Assembly: GCA_009377585.1 (NCBI GenBank)
Contig: WHTS01000012.1
Location: 4,867-68,866 of the forward strand
Length of the DNA stretch: 64,000 nt
Direction: 5' to 3'
Origin: Betaproteobacteria bacterium
GTDB taxonomy: Bacteria > Pseudomonadota > Gammaproteobacteria > Burkholderiales > WYBJ01
Of this stretch, positions 1-10,502 are shown in pieces (the first letter of the stretch is position 1; each line of letters begins with the position of its first letter). A program made the translations under genes and the position numbers. The notes below the pieces were generated by a model. That model was not told where the DNA came from and made no database searches. It worked only from the letters and a program-made list of their open reading frames with translations.

Positions 1-48
1 CTCGCTCATGACAGCCTCCAGCCCGCCTTTACGCTCAACCGTTGCAGA

Positions 49-1026
49 CTAGTTCAATTGTACGCCCACGCTCTTGACGACCCTGGACCACTTGGCGATC
101 TCGGCGTGATAGTCCTTGGTGAACTGCTCCTGCGAGCTGCCCACTGCATCCAGCCCCTGCGCGAGCAGCGTCTTGCGCATTTCGGGATCGTGCACCAGCC
201 GCGTCACCGCTGCCTGCACCTTGGTGGCGATCGCCTTGTTGGTCGCGCCGGGCATGAACAGCGCATACCAGTTTTCCACCCCGAAACCCGGAACACCCGA
301 CTCCGCAATCGTCGGATACTCGGGCAGCGCCGGCGTGCGCTTCGGTCCGACCACGGCCAGGGCGCGCAGCTTGCCGGTGGTGAAAAACGGCCGGGTCGAT
401 ATGACGCTCGCCACCGTGAGGGCGACGCGTCCGCCGACGAGGTCGGTAATGCTCGGCGCCGTACCCTTGTAGGGGATATGGGTCATCTTCAGGCCGGTCA
501 TCTGGTTGAACAGCTCGATCGACAGGTGCTGCGCCGAGCCCAGCCCGGACGAGGAGTAGAGCAATTGCTCGGGCCGTGTCTTGGCGAAGGCAACCAGCTC
601 CTTGACGTTTTTCACCGGAATGGACGGATGCGTCACCAATACGCCGGGAGAGACCACCGCCATCGTGACCGGAAGCAGATCCTTGGCCGGATCGTACGGC
701 AGCTTCATGATGCTCGGCGTGATGGCGAGTCCGGATGAGGTCATCAGCACCGTATAGCCGTCGGGTGCCGCGCGCGCCACCGCGTCGGCCGCGATCGTGC
801 CGCCGGCGCCGGGCCGATTGTCGGCCACGAACGACTGGCCCCACGACTCGCCCAGTTTCTGCGCGATGATGCGCCCGGTCGTGTCCACGCCGCCGCCGGG
901 TGCGAGCGCAATGATCATGCGGATCGGTTTGGTGGGATACGCTGGCGCCTGCGCCTGAGCGGCGCTGGCGCAGATCGCCGCCGCGAGCGCCGCCAACGCC
1001 CGATCTCGAATGGGCCTGCAATGCAT
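49..1026 (-). CDS. Bug-family (TctC-like) tripartite tricarboxylate transporter periplasmic substrate-binding protein
   Basis: Track ORF 49..1077(-) trimmed to ATG 1026, which is preceded by AGGAGA. Signal peptide ALAALAAAICASAAQAQA. Bug-family motifs PIRMIIALAPGGGVDTTGR, NRPGAGG, YSSSGLGSAQHL, YKGTAP. Confidence 0.9.
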   Translation of the reverse strand: MHCRPIRDRALAALAAAICASAAQAQAPAYPTKPIRMIIALAPGGGVDTTGRIIAQKLGESWGQSFVADNRPGAGGTIAADAVARAAPDGYTVLMTSSGLAITPSIMKLPYDPAKDLLPVTMAVVSPGVLVTHPSIPVKNVKELVAFAKTRPEQLLYSSSGLGSAQHLSIELFNQMTGLKMTHIPYKGTAPSITDLVGGRVALTVASVISTRPFFTTGKLRALAVVGPKRTPALPEYPTIAESGVPGFGVENWYALFMPGATNKAIATKVQAAVTRLVHDPEMRKTLLAQGLDAVGSSQEQFTKDYHAEIAKWSRVVKSVGVQLN

Positions 1027-1173
1027 CGTATTCTCCTGGTGTGATTTTGCAGCGCTATGCTCGAGCTGCGGGCGCAAGTATAGCGGCGCGCTGCATCACA
1101 CCGGGTGATTATTGATGCGTGCCGGACAGGCGGACAGGTTCCTGGGTGGCAGGAGCGACGTAATGTTGCCCGA

Positions 1174-1971
1174 TCAGTGGCGGGCTGCCTGATAGAGCGG
1201 CGTCATCTTGGGCACCAGTTGCTGCAGGTTCGCGATTCGGGTTTGGTCCGAGGGGTGGGTGCTCAGCCACTCCGGTGCGCCCGAACCGCCGCTCAGCTTC
1301 GCCATCTTTTGCCACAGCGAGATGGCCGCGTTCGGGTTGTATCCTGCCCGCGCCGCGATCTCGATGCCCAGCCGGTCTGCTTCGGTTTCTCCGGTGCGGC
1401 TGTTCGGCAGCTCGAGCGCCACCATCGCCACGTTCTCCAGGCCGCTCAAATTCACGCCGGTCGCAATCGATCCCAGGGTGAGGGCGGCATTGGTCGCGAC
1501 GGCGCGCGACATCCGTTCGCGCCCGTGTTGCAGCAACGCATGCGAGATCTCGTGCGCCATCACCTGCGCCAGCTCGTCATCGGTGGGATTGATTTTCTGA
1601 ATGAGACCCGTGTACACGGCCATCTTGCCGCCCGGCATGCACCAGGCGTTGACGCTGGAATCTTCGATCACGTGCACTTGCCATTGCCAATCGGCGCTCG
1701 CCGGAATGATCTTTTCGGCCTGGGCCACGAGCCGGCTGGTGATTCTCTGCACGCGCGCGGCGCTGGCGCTGTTGGTATCGAGCTTGCGCTGGCTGCGCGC
1801 CTGCGACACCGTCTTGGCATAAGCCTGCGCCGACGCCGATTGCGCTTGTTCTTCCGAGACGAGCATCACTTGCGAGCGGCCGGTGACCGGATTGGTCTCG
1901 CAGCCGGCGACCAGCATGCCAGCACCGACGAACGAACACGAGAGCAAGAGGGAACGAAGCTGGGCGTGCAT
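1174..1971 (-). CDS. M48-family zinc metallopeptidase, lipoprotein
   Basis: Track ORF 1174..2484(-) trimmed to ATG 1971. Lipobox MLVAGC, HEISH zinc motif, downstream GETEADRLG and STHPS typical of M48 peptidases. Confidence 0.88.
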   Translation of the reverse strand: MHAQLRSLLLSCSFVGAGMLVAGCETNPVTGRSQVMLVSEEQAQSASAQAYAKTVSQARSQRKLDTNSASAARVQRITSRLVAQAEKIIPASADWQWQVHVIEDSSVNAWCMPGGKMAVYTGLIQKINPTDDELAQVMAHEISHALLQHGRERMSRAVATNAALTLGSIATGVNLSGLENVAMVALELPNSRTGETEADRLGIEIAARAGYNPNAAISLWQKMAKLSGGSGAPEWLSTHPSDQTRIANLQQLVPKMTPLYQAARH

Positions 1972-2042
1972 GACGGACCTCCGGGAAGCGACGGAACGTT
2001 CGATATTTGGCGCGCAACGGCTGGATGGGAGCCTTGTCATCG

Positions 2043-3133
2043 CTAGATCGTGTAGCGGGCGAGCCGGTCGCGATCGATCATCGCGGCGAATCCGGGCTTG
2101 TCCTCCAGGCTCAGCATCCCATCGCGAATGCGCGGCGGCTCGTGCAGAATCTGATCGGCATACGCGAGGTAGTAGCTCGTTTCCGCCGGCAACGTATCGG
2201 CGTGACGCGGAAAGGCCGCGGCCACGTGCGAGGCGGCGAGCGAGCCCAGCGCACTTTCGGCATGCAGGCCGACGTTGACACGCACGTTGCCCTGGTCGCA
2301 GGCGCGCGCGGTTTCCAGCGCGCTGCTGGCGCCGACTCGCGTGGGCTTGATGCCGATGGCGCGCGCCCCGCGCTCGAGGAAGAGCCGCGCGTCGGCGAGC
2401 GTCTGGCAACGCGAATCGACCACCAGAGGCACGGAACTTTCGGCCTGGGTTTTTTCGAACCAGGCGTCGGGGCGTAAATCGCACGGATCCTCGGCGTGCG
2501 TGGCACCCGCTTCGGCCAACAACCGCAGATACGCGGGCGCTTCATCCTGCCGATAGGCGCTATTGGCGTCGACATAGAGCGCAACCGACGCACCGACCGC
2601 CGCGCGGATCTCCTGCAAGGCGCGCGCATCGATCTCGAATCCTTGTCCGCCCTTGATCTTCAAAGTGCGAAAGCCGAAGCGAGTCACCATGTCGGCCGCT
2701 TCCTGCGCCATGACCTTGGGGCGTCGCGCGTAACGGTCCACGAGAGCGCGACCTCGCGCACGCCGCCCCACAGCCGCCACAACGGAGCGCCCTTGGCTTG
2801 CGCGCGCAGGTCCCAGCAGGCGTTGTCGATGAGTCCCTGGGCGAGCGTGTTCTCGGGAAAGCGGTCGAGCCGGCTGCGGACCGCGGCCGGCTCGGAGAGA
2901 TCGACGTCCTCCAGCGCCGGCAGCAGCAGGTCCTCGAGCGCCGCTGCGAGCACGCGCGGCGTGGTTCCGGTCCACGTCGGCTTGATGGGACCTTCTGCAA
3001 CGCCTTCGAGTCCTGCGTCGGTGACAAGTCGAAGAAGCATGAAAAGCCCGCTGTCCTCCACCGTATCCTTCCAGCGCACGGGACGGGGATAGGGCAGCTC
3101 GTAGACGACCACATGGGAACGGACGAGGCGCAT
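2043..3133 (-). pseudogene. Enolase-superfamily (mandelate racemase/muconate lactonizing enzyme-like) gene with a 1-nt frameshift
   Basis: Two overlapping minus-strand ORFs together form one enolase-superfamily protein. N-terminal part: MRLVRSHVVVYELPYPRPV...APLWRLWGGVREVALSWTVTRDAP. C-terminal part: PKVMAQEAADMVTRFGFRTLKIKGG...LYVDANSAY...IKPTRVG. The frames join at the G4 run 2718..2721. Confidence 0.75.
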
Positions 3134-3523
3134 GGCGGGGACTCGCTTTGTTGTTCGGGGGACGAGTCTACCTTGTCGAAAGGCGGTGCACGTTTGCGCT
3201 CGTTGCGTCCGTATCGGATTGCAGGGGCTACTTCGTGCAACAGCATTCGACGGCTCGTGGCTTCGCATGCCAATGGGCTGTTGCCTCGCTCGCCAAAGCG
3301 TCGCGTCGGCCGATTCGTGACGCAGCGTACGGCCTGTGGCAAGCCGCACCCCTCGTGCCCGAGTCCACGATACGATCCGGCAAGCCGACAAATCGTCGCT
3401 GCCGCTTGCCCGGGTTGCCGCGCACGCCGCATAATCCACTCATCTTTCGAATGAATCCGGCACGCGCGAGCCGATCTTCCTCACGTCCTGCTGGTCACTG
3501 CAGCGGGCAACGCGCACACAACA

Positions 3524-4672
3524 ATGGCGGAACAGCAACAGAGCGAGGCATCGCGGTCCGCGCCTGAAAGGACCCCATCCTCGCGGATACGCCGCACCGG
3601 ACGCGGCAAGCTCATCCTGGTTCTCGTTGCCGCCGTTGCCTTGCTCGTCTGGGGCGGGCAGTGGCTGTATTACCGCTATACGCACGTCTACACCGACGAC
3701 GCCCGCATCGACGGCGAAGTGATCACGATTTCCAGCCGCACCGCGGGCTGGCTCACGGAAATGAACGTGATCGAGGGCGACACCGTGACCAAGGACCAGG
3801 TGCTTGCCCGGGTCGATGCGCGCGATTCGCTGCTGCAGCGCGAAGTCCTCATGTCCAAGCTCGAATCGATCCAGAGCCAGATGGCCGTCGTGCGCGCCCA
3901 ATCGGGCAAGGTCGATCAGGAGACGCTCGGCAAGGTGCAAAGCGACACCAACCGCCTGGCGGCAGCCGAGGCCGAGGTGGCATCGCTGGAAGCGCAACTG
4001 AAGCAGGCGCGCTTCGACTACGAGCGTGCGCGCGACCTGACGGCGCAGAAGTGGTTATCGCAGCAGGCGATGGAGCGGGCCCGCACGGCCTTGCGGCAGA
4101 CCGAGGAGCAGTACAACAAGTCGGTGGCCGAGGTGGCAGCCGCGCGCGGAATGCTCGCCGTCGCCGGCGGCGGCCGCAAGCAGTTGCAGGTGCTGGAGAG
4201 TCAGATCGAGGTGCTCGCGCGTCAAGCCGACGAGATCCGCGCCGAGATCAAGCGCCAGGAAGTGGACATCTCCAACCGGATCATCGTGAGCCCCACCGAC
4301 GGCCGCATCGTCATGACCTTCGTTCGCAAAGGCGAGCACGTCTCTGTCGGCCAGCGCATCCTGATGTTCCACGATCCGACCAAGATCTGGGTCGAGGCGA
4401 ACATCAAGGAAACCGACATCGGCCTGCTCGAGCCCGGCATGAACGCGCGAATTCGGGTCGATGCCTACCCGGATAGCGAGTTCGAAGGCACGGTGCATCG
4501 AATCGGCCGGGCCGCGACCAGCCAGTTCGCCTTGCTGCCGGACCCGAACCCCAGTGGCAATTTCACCAAAATCACCCAGCGCCTGCCCGTGCGCATCCTG
4601 CTCGACGAGACCGACGTGCGGCTACGGCCCGGCATGATGGTGGAAGTCGACATTGGCGTCCGAAACCGCTGA
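3524..4672 (+). CDS. HlyD/EmrA-family membrane fusion protein of an MFS efflux pump
   Basis: N-terminal TM anchor (LILVLVAAVALLVWGGQWLYY), the YTDDARIDGEVITISSRTAGWL lipoyl-like motif, a long coiled-coil, and a C-terminal beta-barrel. Overlaps the downstream MFS gene. Confidence 0.9.
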   Translation: MAEQQQSEASRSAPERTPSSRIRRTGRGKLILVLVAAVALLVWGGQWLYYRYTHVYTDDARIDGEVITISSRTAGWLTEMNVIEGDTVTKDQVLARVDARDSLLQREVLMSKLESIQSQMAVVRAQSGKVDQETLGKVQSDTNRLAAAEAEVASLEAQLKQARFDYERARDLTAQKWLSQQAMERARTALRQTEEQYNKSVAEVAAARGMLAVAGGGRKQLQVLESQIEVLARQADEIRAEIKRQEVDISNRIIVSPTDGRIVMTFVRKGEHVSVGQRILMFHDPTKIWVEANIKETDIGLLEPGMNARIRVDAYPDSEFEGTVHRIGRAATSQFALLPDPNPSGNFTKITQRLPVRILLDETDVRLRPGMMVEVDIGVRNR

Positions 4673-6209
4673 AGTCCTGGCCGCGCGCTACGGGCCGCGG
4701 CTGCGTCTGTACGCCACCGGCACCGCCATGCTCGGCATGGTGTCCGCCGTGCTCACGACCACCATCGTCAACGTGGCGATTCCCGACATCATGGGGGCGT
4801 TCGGCATCGGCCAGGACCAGGCGCAGTGGCTCGCGACCGGGGCATTGGCCGCGATGACGGTCGGCATGCTGACCAATGCATGGCTGGTGCGCAGTTTCGG
4901 CGAGCGGCGTACCTTCATCGGGGCGCTGATGCTGTTCGTTTGCGCGCTGCTGATGGCTGGATTCAGTCCGAACGAAGACATCCTCATCTTCGCCCGCATC
5001 CTGCAGGGCGCGGTTGCAGGCATCTTGCAGCCGCTGTCCATGTACGTTCTGTTCCGCGTCTTTCCGCCCGAGCAGCGCGGCACGGCGATGGGCTTCTTCG
5101 GCATGAGCGTCATCCTCGGACCGGCCATGGGCCCGACGCTGGGCGGCATCCTGATCGAGCACTTCAACTGGCGCTACGTGTTCTTCGCCGCGGTTCCGGT
5201 CGCGTTGGCGGCGATGCTGCTCGGCAGCTTCTTCATGCCCGAGCGCGACGAGTCGGGCAAGCGGGCGGAGTTCGATTTCGTCGGCTTCGCGTTGCTGGGG
5301 CTCGCGCTGGGCACATTGCTGACCGGGTTGAGCAATGGCCAGCGCGAAGGCTGGGATTCCGACTTCGTCTTGTCGCTGTTCGCGCTCGCGATCGCGTGCG
5401 GCCTGGCATTTCTCGCCTGGGAGCTCAGGGTCGCGCAACCGCTGGTCGAATTGCGGGTCCTCGGCAACAGCCAGTTCACGGCTGCCGCGGTGGTGGCTTT
5501 CATCTTCGGGGTCGGGCTCTTCGGCACGGTCTACCTGGTGCCGCTGTTCGTGCAGCTGGTGCAGAAGTACACGGCGCTCAACGCGGGGCTGCTGCTGATG
5601 CCCGCCGGACTGATTCTCGGCGCCTTCATGCCGGTCGCCGGCTACATCGCCGACCACACCCCGGCGCGGGTGCTCATCATCGCGGGGCTGCTGTGCTTCG
5701 GCATTTCTTCGTACTGGCTCGCCGCGGTCGATGCGAACACGCCGTTCTGGACCATCGCCTGGCTGGTGGTGCTGAGCCGCGTCGGGCTGGCGCTGATCAA
5801 GCCCTCGCTCAATCTCGCGGCGCTCCGACCGTTGCGCGCCGAGCAGCTATCGCAGGGCGCGGGTATGATCAATTTCGCCCGTCAGCTCGGCGGCGCATTC
5901 GGCGTCAATACGCTTTCCGTGGTGCTGGACCGGCGCACGATGTTCCACAGCGAGGCGCTGACGAGCACCCAGTCCGGAGCGAATACGGCAACCGCCGAGC
6001 TGTTGCAGCACATGCAGGCGCTGCTCGCGCAGGCAGGCGTCTCGCCCGACGTGCAGGTCTCGGGCGCACTGCATTTCCTCGGCCGGGTAGTGCAGGCGCA
6101 GGCCTACACCGCCGGCTTTCGCGACAGCTTCCTGGTGTGCGCGCTGATTTTCACTGTGGCACTGATACCGGCGTGGATCATGGGGATGGGTCGATCGAAG
6201 CCGGCCTGA
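4653..6209 (+). CDS. DHA2-family (EmrB/QacA-type, 14-TMS) MFS drug efflux transporter
   Basis: 518-aa polytopic protein. Motifs VLTTTIVNVAIPDI and GERRTFIGALMLF are typical of EmrB. 20-nt overlap with the emrA-like gene. TTG start at 4653 is uncertain. Confidence 0.88.
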   Translation: MASETAEVLAARYGPRLRLYATGTAMLGMVSAVLTTTIVNVAIPDIMGAFGIGQDQAQWLATGALAAMTVGMLTNAWLVRSFGERRTFIGALMLFVCALLMAGFSPNEDILIFARILQGAVAGILQPLSMYVLFRVFPPEQRGTAMGFFGMSVILGPAMGPTLGGILIEHFNWRYVFFAAVPVALAAMLLGSFFMPERDESGKRAEFDFVGFALLGLALGTLLTGLSNGQREGWDSDFVLSLFALAIACGLAFLAWELRVAQPLVELRVLGNSQFTAAAVVAFIFGVGLFGTVYLVPLFVQLVQKYTALNAGLLLMPAGLILGAFMPVAGYIADHTPARVLIIAGLLCFGISSYWLAAVDANTPFWTIAWLVVLSRVGLALIKPSLNLAALRPLRAEQLSQGAGMINFARQLGGAFGVNTLSVVLDRRTMFHSEALTSTQSGANTATAELLQHMQALLAQAGVSPDVQVSGALHFLGRVVQAQAYTAGFRDSFLVCALIFTVALIPAWIMGMGRSKPA

Positions 6210-6239
6210 GCCGGCCCGACTTGCCGCCCGGCGAAGATC

Positions 6240-6569
6240 TCAGGGGTTGCCGTGCACGATAACCGCGGTACCGCTTACGGTGACCATCAGCATGCCGTTG
6301 CTTTCCCCGAGCACCTCGTAGTCGAGGTCGATGCCGACGATCGCGTTGGCGCCCAGCTCGGCGGCGGCGGCTTCCATGTCCTGCATGGCAATCGTACGCG
6401 CGTCGGCGAGCTTGGATTCGTACGCACCCGCGCGGCCGCCGACGATGTCGCGAACGCGGGCGAAGAAATCGCTGAAGACGTTCGCCCCGATGATCGCTTC
6501 GCCGGTCACGATGCCGACATAGCGCGAAATGGGGTGGCCTTCGATGCTGGGCGTGGTGGTCACGATCAT
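6240..6569 (-). CDS. ybjQ: YbjQ/UPF0145-family (heavy-metal-binding domain) protein
   Basis: 109 aa, [14 protein letters not shown]...[10 protein letters not shown]...[12 protein letters not shown] matches the YbjQ family pattern. AGGAGA RBS upstream. Confidence 0.85.
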   Translation of the reverse strand: MIVTTTPSIEGHPISRYVGIVTGEAIIGANVFSDFFARVRDIVGGRAGAYESKLADARTIAMQDMEAAAAELGANAIVGIDLDYEVLGESNGMLMVTVSGTAVIVHGNP

Positions 6570-7525
6570 GGCTGCTCTCCTTTCACCGCGTGAATCGTCT
6601 TCGGTTCGGGCGGTCCGCGGTCGAAGAACGCGGCTGCGGCCCGCGCCGGATTCGCCTGGTACGCCTGGGCGAAGGCGGCGTCGAAATCTGCGCCGTTCTG
6701 CAGCGAGATCAGTAAGCGGCGAAACGCCTGCGGATCACGCCGGTGCAGCCAGCGCACGAACAGCAGCGCCTGGCGGTAGAAGACGCTGACGGGCAGCTTC
6801 CAGTCGTCCGCCATGCGGCGGCTCTGCCACGGCAGGTGTTGCTCGTCGGGCAGGAAGTAGTGCTGGCTCGCGGCCGCTGCCCAGGCCTGCTCGTCGCTGG
6901 CGAGATCGGCACCGCCGCCGTGCGCGACGAACGATGCAAGTCCCTCATGGAACCAGACCGGGATGCCGAGGCTGTAGTGGCCGCGCACCTGGCCCATGTG
7001 CAGGTGGGACAGCTCATGCAGCAGGATCGGAACGAGTCGCTGCGGCTCGCGATCGAACAGCCGCGGCGCGAGCAGCAGCCGGTTGTCGTACACCACCGCC
7101 GCGGTGAAGTTCCAGCGCGGATCGACGAAGCGATGAAAGCAGGCGTCGTTGCCGCACACGTACACCACCGGCTCGTCCCGGAACGGCCGGTAGTGCATCG
7201 TTTCGACGTGCGCGGTTGCGGCCGGAAGCAACGCCGCGACCTGGCGCGCGAATGCTTCGGCGCCCGGCGCATACCGCACCTGGCTCGATTGCGCGAGCGG
7301 CCGGAAGTGCGACAAGCTCTCGATCGCATCGTCGTATCCGACGTGGGCGCAACCGCCATGCGCGAGCACGGATACGACGCACAAGGTGCGTGTCAGCGAT
7401 CGAAATTCTGCGGCGGACTTCGTCGTCGACGCATTCCGATAACCTGCGGCGAGCTTCATCGTTGACGCATTCCTTGGCGAACCGGCCGCTGCCGGGCGGT
7501 CGGGCGGAAAACGATAGCACATCAC
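6566..7525 (-). CDS. Putative secreted gluzincin-type metallopeptidase (HELSH...WFHEG), function unknown
   Basis: HELSH zinc motif with a downstream WFHEGLA glutamate. N-terminal hydrophobic segment [17 protein letters not shown] overlap with ybjQ. Start uncertain (GTG 7525, ATG 7522 or ATG 7459). Confidence 0.6.
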   Translation of the reverse strand: MMCYRFPPDRPAAAGSPRNASTMKLAAGYRNASTTKSAAEFRSLTRTLCVVSVLAHGGCAHVGYDDAIESLSHFRPLAQSSQVRYAPGAEAFARQVAALLPAATAHVETMHYRPFRDEPVVYVCGNDACFHRFVDPRWNFTAAVVYDNRLLLAPRLFDREPQRLVPILLHELSHLHMGQVRGHYSLGIPVWFHEGLASFVAHGGGADLASDEQAWAAAASQHYFLPDEQHLPWQSRRMADDWKLPVSVFYRQALLFVRWLHRRDPQAFRRLLISLQNGADFDAAFAQAYQANPARAAAAFFDRGPPEPKTIHAVKGEQP

Positions 7526-8406
7526 TACGCGGGTCCGGTGGCGTCGATCGCTGCGGGCAAGCCGTCGAACACCGTCGGATAACGCAGCTGCACGCCGAGC
7601 TCTTCTCGCATGCGCCGGTTCGACAGGCGGCGCGACTCGCTCATGAACGACAGCAAGGCGGCCGGGATGCGGCTCGCCGCTTGCGCGCGTGCGATGCGGG
7701 GCGGGCGCGGCAGGCCGGCGCGATCGGCGAGGAGATCGAACCAGTCGCCCATGCTGAGCTGCGTGTCGTCGCAGGCGTTGTAGATGCCGTGCGCGCCGGG
7801 ATGAGTAAGCGCCGTAACGCTGATTGCTGCGAGGTCGTCGGCATGGATGTGATTGGTGTAGACGTCGTCCTCAGGCCGGAGCACCGGCGTGCCTTTGCGC
7901 AGGCGCTCGAGCGGAAGCCGATCCGCGGCATAGATGCCCGGTGCACGCAGGATCACGCAGCGCACTGCATGGGCGCGTTGGAATGCCACGATCTGCGCCT
8001 CCGCGTCGACGCGGCGGCGCGCCCGATCCGTCGCCGGGTTCACCGCGCGCGTCTCGTCCACCCAGGCGCCTGCGCAATCGCCGTAGACGCCGCTGGTGCT
8101 GATGTACACGAGGCGCTGCGGCAACGCGCAGGAGGCCAGCATCGCGAGCAGGTTCGCCGTGCGCGGATCGGTCGTGTCCGTGCCCGCAGGCGGGGCGCAG
8201 TGCAGGACGTGGCTCGCGCGGCCGGCGAAGCGTCGCAGCGACGCCGGATCGTCCAGGTCGCCTGGTTCGATGGCGAGCCCCGGACGGGTCGGGATCTCGC
8301 GGACGCGTTCAGGGCGCACGAGCGCAGTGACGCAGAAGCGAGCGGTGAGCCGCGGCAAGGCGCGCTGCGCAATATCGCCGAAGCCGGCGATCAGGAGCGT
8401 GTTCAT
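7525..8406 (-). CDS. SDR-family NAD-dependent epimerase/dehydratase
   Basis: N-terminal Rossmann motif MNTLLIAGFGDIA, YISTSGVYGD, and the overall extended-SDR pattern. Confidence 0.8.
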   Translation of the reverse strand: MNTLLIAGFGDIAQRALPRLTARFCVTALVRPERVREIPTRPGLAIEPGDLDDPASLRRFAGRASHVLHCAPPAGTDTTDPRTANLLAMLASCALPQRLVYISTSGVYGDCAGAWVDETRAVNPATDRARRRVDAEAQIVAFQRAHAVRCVILRAPGIYAADRLPLERLRKGTPVLRPEDDVYTNHIHADDLAAISVTALTHPGAHGIYNACDDTQLSMGDWFDLLADRAGLPRPPRIARAQAASRIPAALLSFMSESRRLSNRRMREELGVQLRYPTVFDGLPAAIDATGPA

Positions 8407-8464
8407 GGCATCATGCTAGCTGCGAATGCGGCTCGCGGGGAAGCGGGTCCGTGTTGGAGATGTG

Positions 8465-9730
8465 ATGCTTCTCGGATGCATTGCCGACGATTTCACCGGT
8501 GCGACCGACCTGGCGAGCATGCTGGTCGCGGGCGGGATGCGCACGGTCCAGAAGATTGGAATTCCCCGGGATCGGTCGATCGCCGACGGCGCCGACGCGG
8601 TCGTGGTGGCGCTCAAGTCACGCACGATCGCCGCCGCCGATGCGGTCGCGCAATCGCTTGCCGCTTTGGAATGGCTGCGTGGCAGCGGCGCGCGCCAGAT
8701 CTACTTCAAGTACTGCTCGACCTTCGATTCGACCGATTGCGGCAACATCGGCCCGGTTGCGGATGCGCTCATGCAGGCGTTGGGCACCGACTTCACCATC
8801 GCCTGCCCGGCGCTACCGGCCAACCGGCGCACGATCTATCTGGGCCACTTGTTCGTCGGCGACATGCTGCTGTCCGATTCGCCCATGCGCCATCATCCGC
8901 TCACGCCGATGACCGACGCCAATCTCGTGCGCGTGCTCGGGCGCCAGACCCGGCGCAAGGTCGGCTTGGTTGCGTATCCCGAGGTTGCGGGCGGCTCGGA
9001 ACGTATTCGGGCCGCGTTCGATCGGCTGCGTGGCAACGGGGTGAACTACGCAATCGTCGACGCGTTGTGCGACGAGGATCTGAGTGCGATCGGCGCTGCT
9101 TGCGCTGATTTGCCGTTGGTCACGGCCGGGTCGGGCGTGGCGCTCGGGCTGCCGCAGAATTTCGTGCGCCAGGGGCTGCTGTCGCTTCGAAAGGACGCCG
9201 CGCTATTGCCTTCGGCGGGTGGTCGCGCCGCCGTGCTGGCCGGAAGCTGCTCCGAAGCAACGCGGCGCCAGGTGGCTGTCATGGCCAGGCACCATCCTGC
9301 TGTGGCGATCGATCCGTTGAGCGGCGGTGATGCGGATACGCTCGCGGGCTCTGCCATCGAGCGTGCGCGGGCCGATATCGCCGCTGGGAGGATCGTGTTG
9401 TTTTATTCCAGCGCCGAACCCAACCAGGTCGCGACGGTGCAGACGCAACTGGGTGCCGAACGGGCCGCTGCGCTGGTCGAAGGAGTGTTCGCGCAGCTCG
9501 CGCAAGAACTGGTCGCGCTCGGCGTGCGCCGGCTGGTGGTCGCGGGCGGCGAGACCTCGGGTGCGGTCGTCCAGGCGCTCGGCGTGAAGGCGCTTGCCAT
9601 CGGCGCGCCGATCGATCCCGGCGTGCCGTGGACCATGAGCCTCGGCGAGCCGCGCATCGCGCTCGCGCTCAAGTCGGGAAATTTTGGCGCGGACGATTTC
9701 TTCGACAAGGCGCTCGGGATGGCGTCGTGA
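8465..9730 (+). CDS. otnK: Four-carbon acid sugar kinase (3-oxo-tetronate kinase, YgbK/OtnK family)
   Basis: Start ATG 8465 after GGAGA. N-terminal CIADDFTGATD signature of the YgbK/DUF1537 kinase family. Followed by the class II aldolase-like partner. Confidence 0.85.
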   Translation: MLLGCIADDFTGATDLASMLVAGGMRTVQKIGIPRDRSIADGADAVVVALKSRTIAAADAVAQSLAALEWLRGSGARQIYFKYCSTFDSTDCGNIGPVADALMQALGTDFTIACPALPANRRTIYLGHLFVGDMLLSDSPMRHHPLTPMTDANLVRVLGRQTRRKVGLVAYPEVAGGSERIRAAFDRLRGNGVNYAIVDALCDEDLSAIGAACADLPLVTAGSGVALGLPQNFVRQGLLSLRKDAALLPSAGGRAAVLAGSCSEATRRQVAVMARHHPAVAIDPLSGGDADTLAGSAIERARADIAAGRIVLFYSSAEPNQVATVQTQLGAERAAALVEGVFAQLAQELVALGVRRLVVAGGETSGAVVQALGVKALAIGAPIDPGVPWTMSLGEPRIALALKSGNFGADDFFDKALGMAS

Positions 9731-9866
9731 GCGGGGCGGAAGCCGGCAAGGTCGCAGACGGAGCGCATTTCCCTCCGCCTTGCTTTACGCGCGGCCGAAG
9801 CCAAGCTATCCCGCGATCGTTTTGCATCCCGCTTGCGCGGCAATCGGCTCGGTAAAGGAACGTGCA

Positions 9867-10499
9867 ATGAAAGAAGCGACACTGCGCGAGGAAATCGCTG
9901 CGCTCGGCCGCTCGATGTTCGAGCGCGGGCTCACTCACGGATCGACCGGCAACATCAGCGCCAGGCTCGACGACGGCTGGCTCCTGACGCCTACCGGCTC
10001 CAATCTCGGGCGGCTCGATCCGGCGCGCATTTCGAAGCTCGACTGGAACGGGAGGCTGGTCGCGGGCGATGCACCGTCGAAGGAGTCGTTTCTGCATCTT
10101 GCGATGTACCAGGAGCGCGACAAGAGCGGGGCAGTCGTGCACCTGCATTCGGTCCATTCGGTCGCCGTCTCGGTGCTGGAACAGATCGACGCAGCCGATC
10201 CGTTGCCGCCGCTGACGGCGTACTATGTCATGCGCATCGGACGGCTCGCGCTGGTGCCGTATTACGCGCCCGGGGACATGGCGCTGGCCGAGGCCGTGCG
10301 TGGCGTGGCCGCGAAGCACCATGCCGTGCTGCTCGCGAATCATGGCCCGGTGGTCGCCGGATCGAGTCTCGCCGCTGCCGCGGACGCGGTCGAAGAGCTG
10401 GAGGCCACCGCGCAGCTCTATCTGCTGCTGCGCGGGAGCCGCGTGCGTGCGCTGACCGAAGCACAGGTTGCCGATCTGAAGCAACGTTTTCCGACCTGA
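9867..10499 (+). CDS. otnC: Class II aldolase/adducin-family protein (3-oxo-tetronate 4-phosphate decarboxylase, YgbL/OtnC-like)
   Basis: ATG 9867 after AAAGGAA. Motifs GSTGNISARL, VVHLHS, LLANHGPVV. Sits directly downstream of otnK. Confidence 0.82.
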   Translation: MKEATLREEIAALGRSMFERGLTHGSTGNISARLDDGWLLTPTGSNLGRLDPARISKLDWNGRLVAGDAPSKESFLHLAMYQERDKSGAVVHLHSVHSVAVSVLEQIDAADPLPPLTAYYVMRIGRLALVPYYAPGDMALAEAVRGVAAKHHAVLLANHGPVVAGSSLAAAADAVEELEATAQLYLLLRGSRVRALTEAQVADLKQRFPT

Positions 10500-10502
10500 C
10501 CG

